A DNA stretch of 64,000 nucleotides from Raillietiella orientalis (lineage: Eukaryota), in contig JAYWIR010000072.1 of NCBI GenBank assembly GCA_036172245.1, positions 62,001-126,000 of the forward strand. Reading direction: 5' to 3'. Of the stretch, positions 61,501 through 64,000 are shown piece by piece (the stretch's first letter is position 1; every line of letters begins with the position of its first letter). The notes under the pieces were generated by a model, which was not told the origin of the DNA, searched no databases, and saw only the letters and a list, made by a program, of their open reading frames with translations. Position numbers and translations under genes: made by a program.

Positions 61501-63690
61501 ATACGACGGTGTCCTGGAGGATAGCCTCATGCTCCGACATTACATGGTCTACAGCAAGCATCACCATCGCACGCAGTGTGTAGCCTAGCTGGACCTTAAT
61601 GATGCCTTTGCCTCCATCTTCCACCCTCAGCTCCTTTGTGCCCTTCAGTGTGCTGCTGCTGGCGATGGCCTTGTTCAGCTGATCTGCCAAATGTACGCAA
61701 ATTATAGCACCCAGGTAGTCACCGCCGAAGGGTTGACATCATCTATCGCAGTTACCAGAGGTCTCAGGCAGGGTTACCCCTCTAAGGCATTCTTTTTAAC
61801 ATTGCCTTTGAGTTTTTGTGTGTTAGCGTCAAATAGTGTTCCAGGGGTACGTGTGCTTGCGTATGCTGATGACCTCGTCCTTTTAACTGAAGACCCCAAG
61901 ACCTTGCAAACAGGTTTTGACTGTGCCTCTGTGACGGCCAGTCGACTTGAATTGAGCATCAATGCCAAAAGTGTGCATCCTTCCACCTCGACCCAAGCAC
62001 CCTGCGTACTGTTGGCAAGCAGCGTTTCCGAGTGGCAGGTGAACCCATGCCTGCACTTACGGACGCTGCCACCCACAGTTATCCAGGGAAACCAGTCGGG
62101 TTTGATGCCATCCATAGCGAAGCACTGCACACATTCTCTCCAGCGTTGCTAAAGTGCTCGATGCTTCACTAGCACCATGGCAAAAGATTGATGCACTGAA
62201 GACTTTTATCTTACCCTCGATAGTGCATCCGATGCGAATAGGATCAAAGCCTAAATCATTTTGGACTGCATTGGATTCCTTGGTTAGGAAGGAAGAGATC
62301 CTCTAAAGGAAGAGATCCTCCCCCTTACGCAAGTCTTGTCTAGACAATACCTGTATGATAGTGTAGCTCGCGGTGGTCTCGGCCTGATGCTTCTGGAGGA
62401 AGAGGCCGATATCATGGCCGTTGACTCAACCTTCAAGCTCCTTTCCTGTCCGCACCCACTCATTAAAGTAATGCCATCGGCTTCACTTTATGAAACTGTA
62501 CGCAGGAAAGTAAGGCAAGAACCTTCCACGGCCCTTACAGCGGGATATCTTAATGGTGAAACCCATCTCACATTTGACCTTTTATCGGGGGAACCCGCAG
62601 ACTATTGTTGCCGTGAACGCTAAGCCTCCAAGAGACTTCAACTCCAATGGGTCACAGAACCTGGCCAAATGTCGACTGAGCTGGCCTTAAAGACTATTCG
62701 CGAGACCGACCGTAAAGTCGTTACTCGCCCCGTTCGAGGCTTGCGTCGCCTCAATCGCAGTGAGGCTCTTCGATCCAAACCGGATCAGGGCGGTATAATG
62801 GACTGCTTGGTTCTGCACTTGGGATCTATGCCCTTCAGCGAGCGCTCAGAGCTCATACGTTTCTGTGACTGGCGCTTTATCCATCGAGCCCGCTTGAACC
62901 AACTGTTCCTCAATGGAAACCGAAAGCGTCCAGGTTTACACGAGGCTTGTCGTCACTGCCCGTACACCAGGGAAACCCTGTTCCACGTGCTGTGCCATTG
63001 CACAAGACATTTAGCTACACGTATCCCGGCACAGCACAATCAAGTTCTCGATATCATTGACCAGTTTGCTCGGCCAAAATGTCGCCACCTCGCCATAGAC
63101 CGATCTGACCCGACGATCAACAGTTCCCTTAGACCAGACATTGTTGCGACATACGGTTGCCGTATGCTGATTGTGAACATCACCATATCGTTCGAGAATC
63201 CACGCGACGCCATGAATGCAGCACGGAGCTAAGCCAAAAGTGGAAGAATACCAGGAAGTCAGCAGGGAATACCAGGCACAGGGTCTCCGGGTCAAGGTAG
63301 ATGCGCTCGTTGTCGGGTAGCTTGGGATCTGGCACCCAAACAACCATGCAGTTTTCAGCTGTCTTTGCCTGGGCACGCAGGAAATAAAGGCGATACGCCC
63401 TAGAATCGTGTGCTCAGTGATCCGAGCAGAGAGGGATATCTACTTTGACCACAACACAACCCGTCCTTCAGCGACTACCGCTGGTGAACCTGCAGCGCAG
63501 GAGCTGAAACCGGCGGCTCATTTTAATTTTTTCATGGTGCAGGGCGGCTTAACGGGACCTAATCGAAGTTTGAGCCTATCATGTAGTTTCCCCTTTCGAA
63601 CTCCTCGTCCTCGGTGAACACTTGCGTGTCCCCAAGATTAATCCCCCTTTAAGAACTTCTTTGTACAAATGAAAACGTGGTTAACTAAAA
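58557..63690 (+). mobile_element. Near full-length, decayed RLE non-LTR retrotransposon (NeSL/Utopia-like): N-terminal zinc fingers, RT, CCHC, PD-(D/E)xK-type endonuclease
   Basis: APGSDEI, HQKGFLPYDG, LDLNDAFAS, RGLRQG, LAYADDLVLL, RGGLGL, RFCDWRFIHRARLN, CRHC..ETLFHVLCHC, HN, LRPDIV and DALVVG*LG.W. Confidence 0.88.
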
Positions 63691-63708
63691 GTCATCGTCG
63701 CCGCGTTC

Positions 63709-63730
63709 GGACGTGTTTCCGCGTCGCTCC
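63709..63730 (+). promoter_or_regulatory. Copy of the shared 5' motif GGACGTG-N10-GCTCC; possible 5' end of another element
   Basis: GGACGTG TTTCCGCGTC GCTCC, with the same spacing as at six element 5' ends in the window. Confidence 0.5.
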
Positions 63731-64000
63731 GTTGTTGACTCTGTGAAATCGTTTTTGCGACTAAATAATCCCTAGATTCTGTAAGCATTTTTGCAATTTG
63801 CAAGAACTTGGTCCATTCGGGACCCAAATATTTCTTGTTCTAAGTTTATTGAACTCAAAACATCAATTTTCAAGTGTTTTGTATAGTATCAACGGAAAGG
63901 TAGGACCATTCCTTTTGACTGTTTTTCCCGTAATATTGCGCCTGCCCGATAATTTGACACTTTGTGTTCAAATTATCGGCCTTTGAGATCGTCGTATCCC

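Noticed and set aside
63566..63574. AAGTTTGAG, resembling the end of nematode SL1
   Set aside because: Only 9 nt, with no rest of the leader and no GT donor.
63976..63990. TCGGCCTTTGAGATC, resembling the 5' region of U2 snRNA
   Set aside because: Short gapped match; the branch-point recognition sequence GTAGTA does not follow.

Overview
The window is eukaryotic repeat DNA with no host gene I can recognise; almost all of it is non-LTR retrotransposon. Bases 1-~52200 are a nested pile of about ten related APE-endonuclease (L1/Tx1-type) families, which I label A-J informally. Each has ORF1 (putative RRM region plus CCHC zinc knuckles) and ORF2 (APE-RT-CCHC). Every copy is disabled. Two are full length with target-site duplications (TSDs): C at 17823-23718 and G at 24720-30220. 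Bases ~53600-63700 hold decayed restriction-like-endonuclease (RLE; NeSL/Utopia-like) elements, two of them head-to-head. Main observation: the Tx1-like families insert into one another at recurring, family-specific positions in ORF2, often conserved motifs (GDFN, EI, TCG, RGFG, TLRNL, HKAFD, SALL), and almost always antisense. Four insertions retain TSDs. The families share three cis-signals despite divergent UTRs: a 5' RGACGTG-N10-GCTCC motif, a covarying 3'-UTR hairpin with a CUGCGU loop, and a terminal AATAAA-CCCGG-N5-CCGGG hairpin in place of a poly(A) tail. This looks like a guild of mutually targeting retrotransposons. Family assignments and boundaries were made by eye, with no alignment or database search.
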